A stretch of DNA of 64,000 bases, from assembly GCA_040830765.1 (NCBI GenBank), contig JBFOMH010000009.1, positions 108,934 to 172,933 on the forward strand. The letters run 5' to 3'. Below are positions 60,659 through 64,000 of this stretch, one piece after another. Below the pieces are notes generated by a model. That model saw nothing but the letters and a program-made list of their open reading frames with translations, had not been told where the DNA came from and searched no databases. A program made the translations under genes and the position numbers. Numbering within the stretch: position 1 is the stretch's first letter; each line of letters starts with the position of its first letter. This DNA is from Puniceicoccaceae bacterium. Its GTDB lineage: Bacteria; Verrucomicrobiota; Verrucomicrobiia; Opitutales; Oceanipulchritudinaceae.

Positions 60659-61015
60659 ATGGAAGTTGTGGATTTAAAAACAGGAATATGTTCGCTTTAC
60701 CAGTTAAGGGAAGACCAATACAAGGCTTTCATGATGAAGCGAACCCTGTTTCGACGGGTTCGGATCGTGAGGCCCTTCATCAGGATATTTTTCCCACATT
60801 ACCTCTTCAACGAAGAGAAGCTCATTGAAAATATCGCCTCTGCTGAAAACTTGCGGGAAATCCAGAAGGAGGTGGATTTTTATCAGCACAAGTACGTCGT
60901 CAATTCCGTCTTCAAGGATGCGTTGCGGTTCCGGATCTCCGGTATGCGCATCATGAGTATTGCCAACCGGGCATTCAATCACCTGGCCAAGCAGTCAACG
61001 CAAAGCCCATCCTAA
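60659..61015 (+). CDS. Small basic hypothetical protein
   Basis: 118-aa ORF that fills the gap between two minus-strand genes; 4-nt convergent stop overlap. Confidence 0.6.
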   Translation: MEVVDLKTGICSLYQLREDQYKAFMMKRTLFRRVRIVRPFIRIFFPHYLFNEEKLIENIASAENLREIQKEVDFYQHKYVVNSVFKDALRFRISGMRIMSIANRAFNHLAKQSTQSPS

Positions 61016-62535
61016 TCATCCTTGAGGCCAAAGGTCTCGATCCGTTTGCGCAGGGTCGTCCGCGTAATACCCAGGAGAGCACTTGTCTTGACCTGGTTAC
61101 CCCCCGTTTCCTTCAGGGCCCGGATAGTGATTTCCTTTTCCATTGCCTGGAGCAAATCCTTGTCGATGGATTCCCGGAGTCGCCCGTAGACGAGGTCGAT
61201 CAATGCCTCTGTGCTCATGTCAGCGCCAGCCGGTATCCCGGAGTGGTCCATGGCGGCATCGGGAGCAGCGGATTCAAGACTGAGGGCGGAGGCAAGCTCC
61301 TCCCCTTCTCCTTCATCAACAGACCCCGTGGCCGGTTGTTTGTCAGCGTTGCGCAATAACTCCTCCGGCAGATCCTTTTTCAAAACCGTGTCACCCTGGG
61401 CGAGAACAACCGACCGCTGGATAGTGTTTTCCAGTTCACGGACATTTCCCGGCCAGTTATACGTGCAAAGCACCTGCATCGCTTCGGGGGAAACCTTCCT
61501 TACCTGCGTCTTCCGCTCCTTCTGGGAACGCTGAAGCATGAAATCGACCAACTCAGGAATGTCGGACAGGCGATCCCGAAGGCTGGGCATCCGGATCCGC
61601 ATCACATTCAAGCGATAGTACAAGTCCTCGCGGAAGGACTTATCCTCGACCATCTCTTCCAAATTTCGATTTGTCGCAGCAATCAGGCGAACATCCACCT
61701 TGATCGTTTTCTCCCCACCAACCCTCTGGATTTCGCCATCCTGCAGAGCGCGGAGAATTTTTGTCTGGGTCGGCAGCGCCATGTCCCCGATCTCATCAAG
61801 GAAGAGCGTGCCCCCATCACACAGTTCAAACTTGCCCAAGCGCTGCTGCGTGGCTCCGGTGAACGACCCCTTTTCATGCCCGAACAACTCGGACTCGATG
61901 AGGTTCTCCGGGATAGCCGCACAATTGACGGCCATGAAGGGTTTTCCGGAGCGAAGACTGTGTTGATGAATGCACTGGGAAACGAGCTCCTTGCCGGTGC
62001 CACTTTCCCCGGTCACCATGACCGTGACATTGCTCGTCGCAACCTGGCCAATGGCCTTGAAAACCTCCTGCATCGCATCAGAGGAACCCACTATTCCCTC
62101 CTTGTAGTCCTCACTGTCGAGGAGCGGCGCGTAATCGCTCTTGGACTGGGCAAGGTCACGATGGGCCTGGAGGGCCTTCTCCGTCAACTGCATGACTTTC
62201 TTGAGGTCAAATGGCTTGATGATGTAATCAAAGGCACCGAACTTCATCGCCTCGATGGCGGTCTGGGTCGTCCCGAAGGCGGTCATCAGGATGACCATCG
62301 CTTCCGGCAGGATGCTACGCAAGTGCTGCAGGGTCTCCAGGCCATTCATCCCCCCCATGCGGTTATCGAGAAAGATGACCTCGTACTTGTCCTTGCCAGC
62401 GACTTCAATCCCGGCTTCTCCACTGGAAGCTTCCTCCACCAGGAAACCGCGCGAAGATAACACCCGGTTCAGGGAATACCGGATCTCGTCATCATCATCG
62501 ATGACCAGAATCTTGACCTGATTGGAGTCGACCAT
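61012..62535 (-). CDS. Sigma-54-dependent response regulator (NtrC family: REC-AAA+-Fis HTH)
   Basis: [62 protein letters not shown]...LLGITR.TLR. Confidence 0.96.
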   Translation of the reverse strand: MVDSNQVKILVIDDDDEIRYSLNRVLSSRGFLVEEASSGEAGIEVAGKDKYEVIFLDNRMGGMNGLETLQHLRSILPEAMVILMTAFGTTQTAIEAMKFGAFDYIIKPFDLKKVMQLTEKALQAHRDLAQSKSDYAPLLDSEDYKEGIVGSSDAMQEVFKAIGQVATSNVTVMVTGESGTGKELVSQCIHQHSLRSGKPFMAVNCAAIPENLIESELFGHEKGSFTGATQQRLGKFELCDGGTLFLDEIGDMALPTQTKILRALQDGEIQRVGGEKTIKVDVRLIAATNRNLEEMVEDKSFREDLYYRLNVMRIRMPSLRDRLSDIPELVDFMLQRSQKERKTQVRKVSPEAMQVLCTYNWPGNVRELENTIQRSVVLAQGDTVLKKDLPEELLRNADKQPATGSVDEGEGEELASALSLESAAPDAAMDHSGIPAGADMSTEALIDLVYGRLRESIDKDLLQAMEKEITIRALKETGGNQVKTSALLGITRTTLRKRIETFGLKDD

Positions 62536-62600
62536 AACCGCGCATTGCAATTGCAGTTCGAGCGGCAGTCAAGGCTTGTCCTCGGCCTCGGGGCAGCTGC

Positions 62601-63566
62601 TCAGGTGGGCCGGGGGATTGCCTCCAGGTGATGGGCCAGAACGCCCTCGACTCGCCGGCGTTCCTCCAGGGGATCGCTCCCGTGACTGATCGATTTCAGG
62701 CGGTGGGCACAAACAGGCGCTAACATCGTTTCGATGTCCTCCGGCAGGACGAATGCCCGGCCGTGATACAAGGCCCTTGCCTGCGCTGCAAGTTTCAGGG
62801 CCAAACCTCCTCGGGGACTAATCCCGCACTGTAGGCTACTGTCACTCCGAGTAGCAGCTACCAGTTGCAGAAGATATTCCAACACCGATGCCTCAACAAA
62901 GATATCTCCCACCGCAGCCTGCCATTGCGATACATCAGCAAGGGCCACCACAGGTTCCTGTTGTATCTGGTCGTAATGCCGGAATCCCGCTTCGAGGATC
63001 TGCAACTCATCCTCACGGGCCGGATAACCCATCTCCAGGCGCATGAAGAAACGGTCCATCTGACTGTCGGGCAAAGGGAAGGTGCCCTCAAAATCGACTG
63101 GATTTTGCGTTGCGAAAACCATGAACGGCTTACCCACCGGATGGGTCTGTCCGTCAATGGATACCCGCCCGCGATCCATGACCTCGAGAAGCGCACTTTG
63201 TGTCTTTGGTGTAGTCCGGTTAATCTCATCCGCGAGAAGGAAATTGGCGAAGACCGGGCCTGGTTTGAATTCAAAGTCCCTTAACTTTTCGTTGTAGACG
63301 GAAACACCAAGGACATCCGCCGGCAGCAGGTCACTGGTGAACTGAATCCGTTGAAAGGTCCCGTCGAGCGCACGCGCCAAGGCATAGGCCAAGGTCGTCT
63401 TGCCCATGCCCGGCAAGTCTTCAATCAGGACATGCCCACTTCCCAGCAAGCATATCAAAACCTTCTCCACAACATCCGGCTTACCCCGGATAACCGACTC
63501 CATCCGCTCCCTGAGACGACCCAACGCCTCCAAAATCGCTCCCTGTTCCTGTGATTCCTCAGACAT
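62601..63566 (-). CDS. MoxR-family AAA+ ATPase
   Basis: [64 protein letters not shown]. Confidence 0.95.
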   Translation of the reverse strand: MSEESQEQGAILEALGRLRERMESVIRGKPDVVEKVLICLLGSGHVLIEDLPGMGKTTLAYALARALDGTFQRIQFTSDLLPADVLGVSVYNEKLRDFEFKPGPVFANFLLADEINRTTPKTQSALLEVMDRGRVSIDGQTHPVGKPFMVFATQNPVDFEGTFPLPDSQMDRFFMRLEMGYPAREDELQILEAGFRHYDQIQQEPVVALADVSQWQAAVGDIFVEASVLEYLLQLVAATRSDSSLQCGISPRGGLALKLAAQARALYHGRAFVLPEDIETMLAPVCAHRLKSISHGSDPLEERRRVEGVLAHHLEAIPRPT

Positions 63567-63629
63567 CCCGTTTACACAACCACTAACCCACCGGCCTGTC
63601 TATGATTTGTTTGTTCATTTTACCGGTCC

Positions 63630-63658
63630 AAAAAAAATCCCCCTCAACGAGGGGGATT
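63630..63658 (-). terminator. Rho-independent terminator after the histone-like gene
   Basis: AATCCCCCTC-GTT-GAGGGGGATT followed by a T run on the minus strand. Confidence 0.85.
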
Positions 63659-63692
63659 GCAATTAATTGATAAGAAGGAGTAGGAGAAGTTG

Positions 63693-64000
63693 TTACTTCT
63701 TCTTCCGCTTGGCGGCTTTTTTCTTTGCTACCTTTTTCTTGGCCGGTTTCTTGGCAGCCTTTTTGGCAACCTTCTTCTTCGCGACCTTTTTCTTGGCAAC
63801 CTTCTTGGCCGGCTTCTTCGCAGCCTTCTTCTTGGCTACTTTCTTCTTCGCCGGTTTCTTGGCAGCCTTCTTGACTACTTTTTTCTTCGCGACCTTCTTG
63901 GCCGGCTTCTTCGCAGCCTTCTTCTTGGCTACTTTCTTCTTCGCCGGTTTCTTGGCAGCTTTCTTGGCCACTTTCTTCTTCGCGACCTTCTTGGCCGGCT
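63693..64000 (-). CDS. Histone H1-like Lys/Ala-rich repeat protein, 3' part (5' end outside the window)
   Basis: Frame is open to the window edge; almost only K, A, V, P; strong terminator follows. Confidence 0.85.
   Translation of the reverse strand, partial: PAKKVAKKKVAKKAAKKPAKKKVAKKKAAKKPAKKVAKKKVVKKAAKKPAKKKVAKKKAAKKPAKKVAKKKVAKKKVAKKAAKKPAKKKVAKKKAAKRKKK
63715..64000. repeat. 93-bp (31-codon) tandem coding repeat, about 3 copies visible
   Basis: Sequence starting at 63808 recurs near-identically at 63901. Unit PAKKVAKKKVAKKAAKKPAKKKVAKKKAAKK; the last copy carries one extra VAKKK. Confidence 0.9.

Noticed and set aside
63693..64000. Tandem repeats considered as a CRISPR array
   Set aside because: No unique spacers; the repeats are in-frame coding with synonymous variation, and no cas genes are present.

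Overview
Gene-dense, GC-rich (by eye roughly 55-60%) bacterial core-chromosome segment with about 60 CDSs. No rRNA, tRNA, CRISPR array, integrase or transposase was seen. Gene content (DUF5069-like protein, GYF-domain membrane protein, Lys/Ala histone-H1-like repeat protein, ptp-rpiB-glyA order) suggests a diderm of the PVC superphylum, probably Verrucomicrobiota/Opitutia; this is inference, not a database result. Housekeeping genes: rpsT, argS, cimA, rpsO-pnp, gyrBA, trkAH, accBC, rpiB, glyA, miaA, rpoN, alr. Most noteworthy: (1) a dispersed phosphorus-free lipid remodelling kit (GT4 Agt-like plus PlcP-like pair, and an OlsF-like fusion), each with Pho-box-like repeats nearby; (2) a sensor-less Hanks kinase directly upstream of sigma-54; (3) a Bacillus-like accB-accC-asp23-amaP block; (4) a GldAFG-like ABC/DUF4340/AsmA-like envelope operon; (5) structured RNA leaders before rpsO and pnp; (6) a 32-aa bS22/COX24-like gene absent from the ORF track; (7) several enzymes with altered catalytic motifs; (8) a recurring TTG-N16-YANCNT promoter geometry. 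All family assignments come from motif recognition by eye.
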